Shown: piece by piece, positions 38,067-48,315 of the stretch | Position numbering within the stretch: position 1 is the first letter of the stretch | Layout of the letters: each line of letters begins with the position of its first letter | IMG/VR virus record: IMGVR_UViG_3300021375_002698 | DNA: 64,000 nt | Reading direction: 5' to 3' (one strand) | From: a virus | Notes under the pieces: model-generated | The model's database searches: none | What the model was told of the DNA's origin: nothing | Seen by the model: the letters and a program-made list of their open reading frames with translations, nothing else | Translations under genes and position numbers: made by a program

Positions 38067-41000
38067 TCAAGAAGTATAATATCCAGATAATGAATCGATA
38101 CTATTTTCTATAAATGGGTAATTACTTCTAGCATGATAGTCTTTATTAAAGGTTGTTGTAATACTACTGTCTTGATTATTTACTGAGTAATAATTTTTAT
38201 TTATAAACTTTTTAACTATAGGCCACTCAATATCACTATCGTTTCTATATAAAGTTGTATTTATTGATCCATAGCTCTTGTCTTTAAATTGTCCATATGA
38301 CTTCCAATTAAAGTTGTATGATAAACTTGTTTTTTTGCTGTTATATATTCCATATTTCCATCCATCATGACCAATTAAAGGATAATGACGATAACTTTTA
38401 CCTTTTACTTTTTCAAACCCAAAAAATACTTTGTTTAGCTTTTCTAAAACATCAGGTTGATAAAAGTCATTTGAATCATATCCTAATACAGTTGTGTTTT
38501 CTAAAAGAGGATAGTATCCTTCGTTACTATTGTTACTAGAAGCATTTAAACTAAAATTGTAAGCAATAGAGTCTACGCCACCTGATAAATTGTGTGAAAA
38601 GTCATAAGTATTAGTAAAACTAGCGCTTGTTGTTTGTGAAGAATTTCTATCAATATTTCCAGACTGAGTAGAACCTAACCTTGCAATAATTTTATATGGT
38701 AAGAATTTTTGATATTCAGAGTTAGGATTTGCTATGTTCTTAAAATTAAAAGTAATATCAGAATCAGATTCTATATTTGTATTATAAAAAACTATTCTTC
38801 CAGAATTAGCTTTTAAAGTATCTGGCATTTGACCTTCACCAACAAAATCTTTTTCTATATCAAATATATCACCTTGCATTCTGATGATATATGGGATGTT
38901 ATTATTAATCAATACGTCAGCAAACACATTGGTTGGGACTGCAGTTGATATACTTTTCCCTTGATCAAGATAGTACAGTATAGACTCGTCAGTCAATGTT
39001 TCAGTTTCTATATACCCTCTTATATTTTTTAAAATAGTTCCACTTTCATACGATCCAAACTTTGTATCTTTTTTATAATACTGGAAGCATTCATTAGGCA
39101 AAAAATATTTATCAACTTTTATATTAAACTTGTTAATTCCACTATCTTTTAGATCTAATGATACATCTCTTTTTTCATGTATAGACTTAAATCTGTCTTC
39201 AAAAGGATAACTGTTTATCCATTGATGATTACTATTATTATGATTTGAATCTTCCTCATATGATAGTCTGATATTATCAAAGCTTGTTGATATATTACCA
39301 GAGTTTTTGTAATATGATAAAGTATTAGGCATTACAGTATCATAAATAACTTTTTCTTCATCAGAAAATAATTTTACAGTGTTATTGAATGATCCAAATT
39401 GTTTAGAAGAAACTTTGCCATATACTTCTCTATCAAGGATTTTGCCTTGAGTTGTATATCTATCTTCATTGTTGTATATATTGTCATAAATGCCATTATA
39501 AATGCTTTCAGTAGGTACTACATCCCATTCATCACAAATTGGTTCACTTATCACAGTTTTTATAACATTATTCGAAATTATACTTTGCTTTTTATTTATT
39601 TTCTTTTTATCATTAACAACATGTCTACCAACTAAAACAACTTTTACAGACTTTTCTAACATGAGAATATAAGGTAATATATTTCCATTTGTATAAGAGT
39701 TAACTCCAAATATCAATTTGTCTTCAGGCTTAAGGATATATGGAGATTTATAGAACTTATTTTTTAACTCTGTAATTTCATTATTATCTACAGTAAAAGT
39801 TGAACTAGTATCTATTTTTGAAGATCTTCTATTAAAAAAGTTTCTTCCAAAGTCGTTACTTTGTAAATCTCTTCCACCAAGGTAATTTGATGAATAAACT
39901 TTAGTAGAATTATTATTAATATATAGGAAGTGTGTTGAATGAATATTAGAAGCATTTGGGATTTTACAATCACTACTAATTTCTAGTTTTTGATTTTCAA
40001 AGTTTATATCATCATTGTTTACAATCTCTAGACTGTTGTCAATATAATCTTCGTTTTTTATTTTATTTAAAAGAGATACAGTTTCTTGATTACCAAAGTT
40101 TTTATTGTATATAAAAAAGTTATTTACTGATACTATTTCTCTAGCTGAGGACTTAGTTGTTAAACTTTTTTCTTTTTCACCTACTTGTCCATTATAAAGA
40201 GAAGAATTGTCATAAATATAATATCCTTTGTCTATAGAATTTCCGCCAATGTAGTCATTAACAACAGAGGTTTTTAAGTTTAAAGAAGTATCAGATCCAG
40301 ACTTGTCAAAAAACATATTATTAATATACTTTTTTTCGCTATCAAAACCAGAGCCTTCCCAGAAAGAGTATGGGTTAAATTGCTCGGTTTTCTGATTTAA
40401 AATAAAAAAGTTTAAAGAATTAGAAAGATAATACATTTGATTGTTTTGCTCGTATGTATTTGTAATACTTATTTCATTATTGCTACCATCGTATACTTTA
40501 TAATTGTTTTTCTGACATTTAGAAGTAGTTTTATTACATACAAATATTACTTTTTCTAGTATAAAATCATTAGTAATATAATCAGACATTTTTAATAAAG
40601 TATCTTCACTTGCATACCACTGTTCACCAATTGGAAATTTTGAGTTAAAACAAGGGACACCTATGGTGTTAACTTTGTAGTTACTTTTATATGGATTATA
40701 GCTAGGACTAAATCCTATATTACTTTTAGACACAGCTTCGTTTACTAAACTATCTGTGTTGTATGTATTAGTATTCGGTGGATTTGCTTCATGAGAATTT
40801 AAAACATATTCCCAAGATTTTTCTTTGAAGTTGAAGTATGCGACAGGATTATTTTTTGCTATCCACTTTGTTGATCCATTATCAAAAGAGATACTGTCAA
40901 CTTTTTTTGTAAAATCATCTACATAAAATTCATTGTTTTGTAAAATAGCGGGAGCATCAAAGTTTAGTTCTATCTCAATAGAAACTTGATCACTAACATT

Positions 41001-41447
41001 GTATGATGATTCATCAAAAGCTGAATTTTGAATGTTTGTTAAACTGTTATTGTTTGTATTTAAATAGTTGTCTACATACGGAGTGTATTGTATAGAAAAA
41101 TTATTTTTAGGTAGTGTATTGTCATAGTTTTCTATTTCTACTTCTTTTGTAACTAAAAAGTCATCATTAGTATCAAAAGTACTTGGCGAATGTATTAATT
41201 TATTGTTTGTCGATTTGTAAGTAGATTCAATGCCGAAAACATGATTAACAGACTTGCTAGTTGTATCTATAGTATTAGTATCATCAAATATTTGATTGAA
41301 ATCATCTAGTTTAAAGCCGGTTGTAAATTTATTTGTTGGATAAAAACCTTGATTAGAATCATGTTCTTTAATAACATTTTTAAATGTCTTAGTTACAGAT
41401 CCACTTTTAGTATATGGATTTTTTATTCCTGATCTTATTTTTGGCAT
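38067..41447 (-). CDS. Large hypothetical virion protein (1126 aa)
   Basis: Long ORF; TAATG overlap with the upstream gene. Confidence 0.7.
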   Translation of the reverse strand: MPKIRSGIKNPYTKSGSVTKTFKNVIKEHDSNQGFYPTNKFTTGFKLDDFNQIFDDTNTIDTTSKSVNHVFGIESTYKSTNNKLIHSPSTFDTNDDFLVTKEVEIENYDNTLPKNNFSIQYTPYVDNYLNTNNNSLTNIQNSAFDESSYNVSDQVSIEIELNFDAPAILQNNEFYVDDFTKKVDSISFDNGSTKWIAKNNPVAYFNFKEKSWEYVLNSHEANPPNTNTYNTDSLVNEAVSKSNIGFSPSYNPYKSNYKVNTIGVPCFNSKFPIGEQWYASEDTLLKMSDYITNDFILEKVIFVCNKTTSKCQKNNYKVYDGSNNEISITNTYEQNNQMYYLSNSLNFFILNQKTEQFNPYSFWEGSGFDSEKKYINNMFFDKSGSDTSLNLKTSVVNDYIGGNSIDKGYYIYDNSSLYNGQVGEKEKSLTTKSSAREIVSVNNFFIYNKNFGNQETVSLLNKIKNEDYIDNSLEIVNNDDINFENQKLEISSDCKIPNASNIHSTHFLYINNNSTKVYSSNYLGGRDLQSNDFGRNFFNRRSSKIDTSSTFTVDNNEITELKNKFYKSPYILKPEDKLIFGVNSYTNGNILPYILMLEKSVKVVLVGRHVVNDKKKINKKQSIISNNVIKTVISEPICDEWDVVPTESIYNGIYDNIYNNEDRYTTQGKILDREVYGKVSSKQFGSFNNTVKLFSDEEKVIYDTVMPNTLSYYKNSGNISTSFDNIRLSYEEDSNHNNSNHQWINSYPFEDRFKSIHEKRDVSLDLKDSGINKFNIKVDKYFLPNECFQYYKKDTKFGSYESGTILKNIRGYIETETLTDESILYYLDQGKSISTAVPTNVFADVLINNNIPYIIRMQGDIFDIEKDFVGEGQMPDTLKANSGRIVFYNTNIESDSDITFNFKNIANPNSEYQKFLPYKIIARLGSTQSGNIDRNSSQTTSASFTNTYDFSHNLSGGVDSIAYNFSLNASSNNSNEGYYPLLENTTVLGYDSNDFYQPDVLEKLNKVFFGFEKVKGKSYRHYPLIGHDGWKYGIYNSKKTSLSYNFNWKSYGQFKDKSYGSINTTLYRNDSDIEWPIVKKFINKNYYSVNNQDSSITTTFNKDYHARSNYPFIENSIDSLSGYYTS

Positions 41448-42607
41448 TAATCTAATTCTCCATAAAATGCTATTGAGTCAATCCCATTACTTATACTATA
41501 ATCAAAGTCTCTTCCTTGTGAACTATAAACTTTTCCATCTTCATAAGTATCATTACTATATTCGATTGAAGCGAAATCCCAATTATCAGGACTATTGCTT
41601 CCATTGAGATCATATGAGAAATGATTTTTTAAATCACCAGAAATCTGATGTCTTTCTTTACCCATCTTTGTTTCTTCTTTAAATCTAATACCGTCTCTAT
41701 CAATAAAAGGTGACAAATCTTGAGAGTCATTTGAAATATATAATAGTTGTTGACTTTCTAGGGTTTTTTCATCTAATACGTCTTTTTCAAAAGTTGTTAC
41801 TTGTATATCATTAAATGTAGAGTTTGAAAATTTTCCTTTTTTTTGATAAACATCTCTTGAATACAAATCATCATCTTCGCCTCTATCTAAAAAAACTTCA
41901 ATGTTTTTTTGAATATCATGCTTGTTTATATTATTTGCTATTGTTATAGATCTTCTTCTTACATCAAAGAAATTACCAAAGCTTGCTTTAAATCCTCTAA
42001 TATTATATTCATTCAATATACTTCGTTTGATCTCAGATATTCTTTCAAAAATATCTATATTTGCACCATTCTTATTTATATCGAAGTCATTTATGGAAAA
42101 CGGATAAAGGTATACATCATCCTCGTTTGTTGTATTTATTAGATAATTAATTTCATCGCTAATATCTTTATAAATATCAGAATTTTGATATATATGATAT
42201 TCATTACTTATAAGACCAATTGGATACATGTGTTTTATTTTAACTTGTCTATTGATTCTTTTTTCTTCAGGCTTATCATCAAAAACATTTGTACTATCAT
42301 GAAAAGGATAAATTAAGCCTGTTTTATCTTCTAAATAAAACTTTTCTTCATTTTCTGAAATTTGGACATAGTTTGAATTTCTTAATATAGAGTTTTGGCT
42401 TGACACTTCGTTTCTTATATCATTGTCAAAAACTTTAGAAAAATTACATCCTGGTGAGATGTCTATTCTTATATTTCCATCTTTTATTATGTTTTTTTCT
42501 AAACTTTTTCTTTTATTAGTGTTTTGTACATTATTTACAATAATGTTATTACCTTCAATAAAAGCTGTGTCTTTATTTATTTTTACATAACTCGGACTAT
42601 ACGTCAT
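41447..42607 (-). CDS. Hypothetical virion protein (386 aa)
   Basis: ORF with GAGG SD inside the baseplate cluster. Confidence 0.65.
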   Translation of the reverse strand: MTYSPSYVKINKDTAFIEGNNIIVNNVQNTNKRKSLEKNIIKDGNIRIDISPGCNFSKVFDNDIRNEVSSQNSILRNSNYVQISENEEKFYLEDKTGLIYPFHDSTNVFDDKPEEKRINRQVKIKHMYPIGLISNEYHIYQNSDIYKDISDEINYLINTTNEDDVYLYPFSINDFDINKNGANIDIFERISEIKRSILNEYNIRGFKASFGNFFDVRRRSITIANNINKHDIQKNIEVFLDRGEDDDLYSRDVYQKKGKFSNSTFNDIQVTTFEKDVLDEKTLESQQLLYISNDSQDLSPFIDRDGIRFKEETKMGKERHQISGDLKNHFSYDLNGSNSPDNWDFASIEYSNDTYEDGKVYSSQGRDFDYSISNGIDSIAFYGELD

Positions 42608-42616
42608 AATTTAACC

Positions 42617-45600
42617 TCATTTTTCAGAGAGAACTCTATTGTTTTTATACTCTTTATTGCGATACACATTTGGCAACTCTCTATTATGATTATATTTGTT
42701 TTCATCATTAATAGCCAGACGACTATCAGACATTTTATACTCATACTTACTTCTTTCAAGTATGTGAGACTCATAAACGTAGTTAAATCCTAGAAATCCA
42801 ACTTTATTAGGTATTGACTCTTTTATTATGTTACTTAAAGCATTGTCAAAATACTTAAAAAAATTCATTAATGTTTTATTGTTTATTTCTTTTTCTAATA
42901 ACTTAAAATACTGATTTCTTTTATTATCTAAAGAATTATATCTATATGAATACAAATTAGAAGATACCATTAAGTCGTTTGTATAATCATTCAAAGAAGA
43001 TAACATTCTAGATATATCTTCGTTTAAAAACTTAGCTGAAGATACTTCAATAGATACTCTTGCGTCTTTAACGTTGTCAAAATTTTCTAATGTTGAATAA
43101 GATGGAAATTTTTCAAACCTATTGTTAAAATTTTTATTTTCTTCTTCTTTGTAACTTACTATATTAAATCCATTTTCTAGTGAAGGTTCATCTATTTTAT
43201 AGGAAGTTATCTTACTATAAGACGCTGCAGATTTATTTGTATTTTTTAAATCACTAGTCGTATTGTTTATTTTTAATTTTAAAGAATTTATATCCTCTTC
43301 TATGTTATTATTTAATACTTTTTTAAATATTTTAAAGTTTTTAAATGTTACAGTCTTATCTGTTTGAGTTGTAACAATATCACTATCATCAATTTCAAAT
43401 TTTACAACTCCATCAACAATTAAGTCTTTGTCGATTTCTAAATCATCAGTGCCTACGTTGTTAATATCACTATAATGAGAACTTATTTCACTATCAGATA
43501 AACTTTTTTTCCATATTCTAATACCACATATATCACCGTCAAAGTTTGTATCTACAATATTACCTAGACCTCCAGGATTATCACTATATTTATAGTTTCC
43601 TATTTGAACATCTATGTTGTTTTTGTCTTTTAATATAGGAATTGTTTCTCCATAGTTTAAAACAATAGAGTTTTTTGCTAATATCCTCCCATTATTGACA
43701 AATCCGTAATCTTTTATATAAAGATCAGTTTGATATATTTTACTATTTCCATCAATTTTTGTTAACTTGTGTGAGATGTTAACATATTTTATTCCTTCAA
43801 ATAAGTCAATATCATTTATTAGTATTTGCTTTTCTATACTACCTGTGTAAGGTATAAACTTAAGTGTAATATCAAACTTATCTTTCTCAGAATTTGATCT
43901 TTCAGCTTGTAAATTAAAAACAGGCGAATTGTTATCGTTTATCCTGATTATGCTCTGTTTATTGTTTATTTTTCTTAATAGTAATTTATTGTAAGTTAAA
44001 AAAAGTTCAAACGACCAATCATCAGGTAATCCAGTCGTTATATGTTGGGCCAATATAATATCTTTATCTCTATCACTATCAAATGAATATTGATTGTCGT
44101 ATCTTACGCTTTTAATTTCTAAGAAGGGTCTATTATTTGAAAAGCTATTTTCACTTGAGTACGTAGGTGTTATAGAAGAAAGTTTTTCATTAAAAAAAGA
44201 AATTGTATTTATGTTTTTTTCTATTACTTTAAAATTTTCAAGATTTGAAATAATATTGTTGCTAGAAAACTCTCTTATGTTGACAAATTTATCGAAAGGC
44301 ACACCAAAGCTATGAAAAATATTTTTTATTGAATTTTTTGTTCCTTTGCTTTCTAAAAAAGCCTTACTATTTATTAGAAGTCTCTTCCATAAAATATTCT
44401 GTATTTGTCTTAATGTTTTTTCTGATTTTATATCTTCAAAAGTTAAGTTTTCGCCATCAAGTTTACTTTTTAAAGGACTAGGTAGTATTTCTCTAAAATC
44501 AAATCCGCTTCTTTTACATAGCAAAGGTAATATTATACCTAAATTAACATCTTTATTAATTGTGTCATATGATAAATTAATTATTTCGCTTAAAGAATCA
44601 ACATAACACTTTAAACTATCAAAAAATCTAGCCCACATAATGAGTATATTTGTTATAAGCGTATTACTTTTTTTGTCTATACCTACACCTGTATTTGCTG
44701 GGGCATAGTTTGATGTCTCTACATATAACGACATATTTTGTAATTCACTACTTTCAACAAAATAATGTTTTGGAAAAAGCTTAAATATAATATTTGGGTT
44801 TATATTATCATATTTTTTTGCTAAAACTATGAGATTTTCAAATTCTGTAATGTTTTCTTGAAAGCTTGCAAAAAGTGAAGGTTCTTTTCTTTCATGTACA
44901 ATTGGACTTATACTATTATCTCTATAGTTACTAGTATCATTTATTGCTGTATTGTCATTATTTAAAATAAGACCATGAAGTTTATTGCCAGAGCTATCTA
45001 ACGTGATATTATTATTGTTATGATTTCCTCCAGGTTCATTAAACTTTAAATATAATGCTAAACCTTTTTGAGAATATATAGACTTTTTCATATACTTAAC
45101 AGTCTGTTTTTTGCTTGTTTTCTTAAAAAAGTATTTAAAATCATCTATGCCTATATTGTTTAAGTTATTAAAGTCTATGCTATTAAAAGTTAAGCTTTCG
45201 CTATTACCAATTACAAAATTATTTGATATTGAACTAAAATTACTACTAAAATTTTCTACAGGAAGCTTTGTAGATGTATTGTTAATATTAGTGCTAGTCA
45301 ATTCATGGCAATTAATGAAAAATTTTATGCTTCTTGTATCATTCACATTTTCAACTGAAATGTGAATATTTTTAAATTTTTGCTTTTTAGTTTTTGATTG
45401 CCATTCATTACTTGTAAATATTGATTCTTTGACTACTAATGACTTTTTTCCAATAGAAACTCCATTATTGATCAATAAAAAGTTAATAAAATAATCAAAG
45501 TCTGATCCATTTGATTCTCTAGAAAGATAACATATAAAACCAGACTCATTATTGTTTGAATTACTAAAGTGCTTAAATAAAACTTGATTATTGCTAGATG

Positions 45601-46192
45601 ACAGTGTATTTGTTTCTTCTAACAACAACCAAAAGTTAAATGAAAATTTTCTTTTTTTAGGATCTAGAAAGCCAACGTCTCGCTTGGAGTGATCATTTAA
45701 ATAAAATCCTCTTTGATTCTTTATTGTAACTTTAATATTTGAAGTAAAATTTAAATAACCAAAGTATCTTTTGAAGTTGTTTTTAAGTATATAGTTTGTA
45801 TATCCGTCAATCTTTGAAAAGTAATCAATATTTGCAAAATAATCTTTGTCATACGGATAATCATTGTATATTCTATCATAAGAATTAATAACTTTGCTTA
45901 CTGCAGAGTCAAAAAAAACATGCTCTTCAAATTTAGAAAAGTCAATATTTTCAAGTTGTGCTGTACTAAAAAAACTATCATAATCATCAATTCTTTTTAA
46001 AAATCTTGATAAGTCTTTACTATTTAAGTCACTAAAGTCAATAATATCAGTACTTTTATTGCTATCTAAGAAGTTATTTATTTCTTTTTCATGAGAGCTT
46101 AATTGTAAGTTATATCTATTTCTATTTTTAGTAAATAAACTTTTTTTATTTAGCCTGCTTGCACTTCCAGAAGTTCCTGCTATTGTTGACAT
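42617..46192 (-). CDS. Baseplate wedge protein (P2 gpI/T4 gp7-like motif) with two LamG-like domains
   Basis: LINSKAFLESKGTKNSIKNIFHSFG; FSFNFWL..IDDFKYF..LYLKFNE..LDSSGNKLHG; WSFELF..FDGDICGIRIWKKSLS. Confidence 0.7.
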   Translation of the reverse strand: MSTIAGTSGSASRLNKKSLFTKNRNRYNLQLSSHEKEINNFLDSNKSTDIIDFSDLNSKDLSRFLKRIDDYDSFFSTAQLENIDFSKFEEHVFFDSAVSKVINSYDRIYNDYPYDKDYFANIDYFSKIDGYTNYILKNNFKRYFGYLNFTSNIKVTIKNQRGFYLNDHSKRDVGFLDPKKRKFSFNFWLLLEETNTLSSSNNQVLFKHFSNSNNNESGFICYLSRESNGSDFDYFINFLLINNGVSIGKKSLVVKESIFTSNEWQSKTKKQKFKNIHISVENVNDTRSIKFFINCHELTSTNINNTSTKLPVENFSSNFSSISNNFVIGNSESLTFNSIDFNNLNNIGIDDFKYFFKKTSKKQTVKYMKKSIYSQKGLALYLKFNEPGGNHNNNNITLDSSGNKLHGLILNNDNTAINDTSNYRDNSISPIVHERKEPSLFASFQENITEFENLIVLAKKYDNINPNIIFKLFPKHYFVESSELQNMSLYVETSNYAPANTGVGIDKKSNTLITNILIMWARFFDSLKCYVDSLSEIINLSYDTINKDVNLGIILPLLCKRSGFDFREILPSPLKSKLDGENLTFEDIKSEKTLRQIQNILWKRLLINSKAFLESKGTKNSIKNIFHSFGVPFDKFVNIREFSSNNIISNLENFKVIEKNINTISFFNEKLSSITPTYSSENSFSNNRPFLEIKSVRYDNQYSFDSDRDKDIILAQHITTGLPDDWSFELFLTYNKLLLRKINNKQSIIRINDNNSPVFNLQAERSNSEKDKFDITLKFIPYTGSIEKQILINDIDLFEGIKYVNISHKLTKIDGNSKIYQTDLYIKDYGFVNNGRILAKNSIVLNYGETIPILKDKNNIDVQIGNYKYSDNPGGLGNIVDTNFDGDICGIRIWKKSLSDSEISSHYSDINNVGTDDLEIDKDLIVDGVVKFEIDDSDIVTTQTDKTVTFKNFKIFKKVLNNNIEEDINSLKLKINNTTSDLKNTNKSAASYSKITSYKIDEPSLENGFNIVSYKEEENKNFNNRFEKFPSYSTLENFDNVKDARVSIEVSSAKFLNEDISRMLSSLNDYTNDLMVSSNLYSYRYNSLDNKRNQYFKLLEKEINNKTLMNFFKYFDNALSNIIKESIPNKVGFLGFNYVYESHILERSKYEYKMSDSRLAINDENKYNHNRELPNVYRNKEYKNNRVLSEK

Positions 46193-48303
46193 TATTCTAT
46201 CCTAAAAATTTTATTAATTGATTTTATAAGTTTTTTAACTCCAGTAATATTGTCAAATGTTTTAAATTCAAATATTACTCTTTTATTTTTAAATATTTTT
46301 GGTACAAATAAATCAAAAATATATTTTTCACCATCAAAAAATAATTTTGTACCAATATCATTGTAATCTATTAATACATCGTCAGTATCAACATCTAACA
46401 CTTTATAATATACTGTGCCTATATTATCACTAGGTAAGTCATAAGGAACTTTAACAACATCATACTGCTTAAAATTATCTATAAAGAATACTTCAATTGT
46501 TTGTATATTATCATCTGATACTAATCTATTGTCTTCGATTCTTATAGCAACATTAACATTTCTATAATTTATCTCATTTAATGTCTCGCCTGCTAAAAAC
46601 TCAATAGACTCTGATAATATATTATATTCTACAACTTCAAAAGCATCACCTGCTCCTGAACCTGCTCCTGTAGCTGTAAAAACAGTTCCTACGTTATTAT
46701 TTAATGCTCCTATTGTAGTAAAATCATTTTGTCCAGCAGCGTAATTTCTAATTTTATATTTTTTCCCTATAACAAAAGATCCTGCTTCTACTATAGTCGT
46801 ATCACTATCTTCCCAGTACCATGTTAAAGCATCTTTATAAGACCCACTAGCTAAAAGATGTGAAGATATATTTGAATTAAATCTGCTTAGAGCTGTATTT
46901 GATAATGTTTTCTTTTTTATACCTGAAATTATCTCGCCTTTAAAATTAGTAACATTAGATGTGTCTGATATGCTATCAAATAAACTACCGATTTTGAATT
47001 TAATGTTATCACCACCTGCTGTAGGTGGTGAAAAATCTTTTAATTTTCCATTTACTCTATTGAATAAGTAAAAAATCTCTTCGTTATTTAGATATCTTTT
47101 TTTGTTTTTTGGATTTTGTGGAATATGATAGCTACTATCGTCAATAATAATTCTTAGTTGTGGTATAAACTTCTTATTTAAAAGATGTCTACTTCCTGAT
47201 CTTTTTACAAAATACGAAGTTAAATTATATAAATATTGATTGCTAAACGTAACAATAAATCCTTTATCGTCTAATATAGAAACTCCATCATCATCACCAT
47301 TATCGCCAACGTCTGTATCGTTTATTAACTTTTTAACATAACTTGTTACATCGAAAACAATGTCTTCATTTCCTTCTTTAAAGTTTAAAGAACTTGATGA
47401 GTCTGTATTTCTTACATCATCAAGTAAAGAAATGTATCCGGGAATTTTCCAAGTATCATACGTTCCATCTGTTTTCAACGAAGAAGAAACAAAGTTAGAA
47501 GAACCCTTGTCTGAAAAGTGTATTGTATCTTTACCCATTCCTTCATCAAAATCTTTTAACAAAGGATACGCAGTTAAAGTGTAATTTTTTGGTTTTGATA
47601 AACCTGTTGTTACATCTTTCAATACAATTACAGCTTTGAACTTATTACTATCATTATATACACTACTAGAAAATTCATTATTAGAATTACTAACGTATTT
47701 TGACTTAAAACTAGATATGTCAAATTTTAAGAGTGCAGCGCTATAGTCTATTCTTGAAAACTTTGTAATTGCAGTACCAGTAGCTGATGTTCCAACATGT
47801 TCCATAGCTGTGGGTATTGTAAAAGTAGTATCACCAGATTCACCAGGTTTATCCTGTTTTAGCACTAATACATTATTTGAATTTCCATATGCAGTAATAT
47901 TCAAAGTTAAACTGTTGTTTGCAGAAGAAACATTGTTGATAGCATCAGCAATTCTTTGAGAATAGTTTTTAGGAGTACTATCATTATGATCAGTTATGTC
48001 TGAAGTGCCTACTATCACTTTACCCGCACTTAAATTTTCTGAAGTGTTGTCTGTATTCTCTGTATTATCAATAATAAAAGTAACAGAATTATTATCTGCA
48101 TCTATGAGTGTTATATTATCGTTTTGAGAAAAACTTGAAGTAAATTTAAAAGCTGCCCAAGATTTAGAATGTTTATTTTCATTATACAATTTAAATAAAT
48201 CAATTGTTGCAGCTTTACCAAAATTTGCTAAGCTGCCATCATTAAACTGTGTCTGTAGATTAGTAATGTATGTATCTTTAGTTGGATTTAATATAAATAT
48301 CAT
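46192..48303 (-). CDS. Baseplate-associated virion protein (DNRLRE-like N-terminus) with inserted modules
   Basis: PTKDTYIT; ALLKFD; FDEGMG; FDVTSYV; PQLRIIIDD; follows gp6. Confidence 0.62.
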   Translation of the reverse strand: MIFILNPTKDTYITNLQTQFNDGSLANFGKAATIDLFKLYNENKHSKSWAAFKFTSSFSQNDNITLIDADNNSVTFIIDNTENTDNTSENLSAGKVIVGTSDITDHNDSTPKNYSQRIADAINNVSSANNSLTLNITAYGNSNNVLVLKQDKPGESGDTTFTIPTAMEHVGTSATGTAITKFSRIDYSAALLKFDISSFKSKYVSNSNNEFSSSVYNDSNKFKAVIVLKDVTTGLSKPKNYTLTAYPLLKDFDEGMGKDTIHFSDKGSSNFVSSSLKTDGTYDTWKIPGYISLLDDVRNTDSSSSLNFKEGNEDIVFDVTSYVKKLINDTDVGDNGDDDGVSILDDKGFIVTFSNQYLYNLTSYFVKRSGSRHLLNKKFIPQLRIIIDDSSYHIPQNPKNKKRYLNNEEIFYLFNRVNGKLKDFSPPTAGGDNIKFKIGSLFDSISDTSNVTNFKGEIISGIKKKTLSNTALSRFNSNISSHLLASGSYKDALTWYWEDSDTTIVEAGSFVIGKKYKIRNYAAGQNDFTTIGALNNNVGTVFTATGAGSGAGDAFEVVEYNILSESIEFLAGETLNEINYRNVNVAIRIEDNRLVSDDNIQTIEVFFIDNFKQYDVVKVPYDLPSDNIGTVYYKVLDVDTDDVLIDYNDIGTKLFFDGEKYIFDLFVPKIFKNKRVIFEFKTFDNITGVKKLIKSINKIFRIE

Positions 48304-48315
48304 ATTAATTTACCT

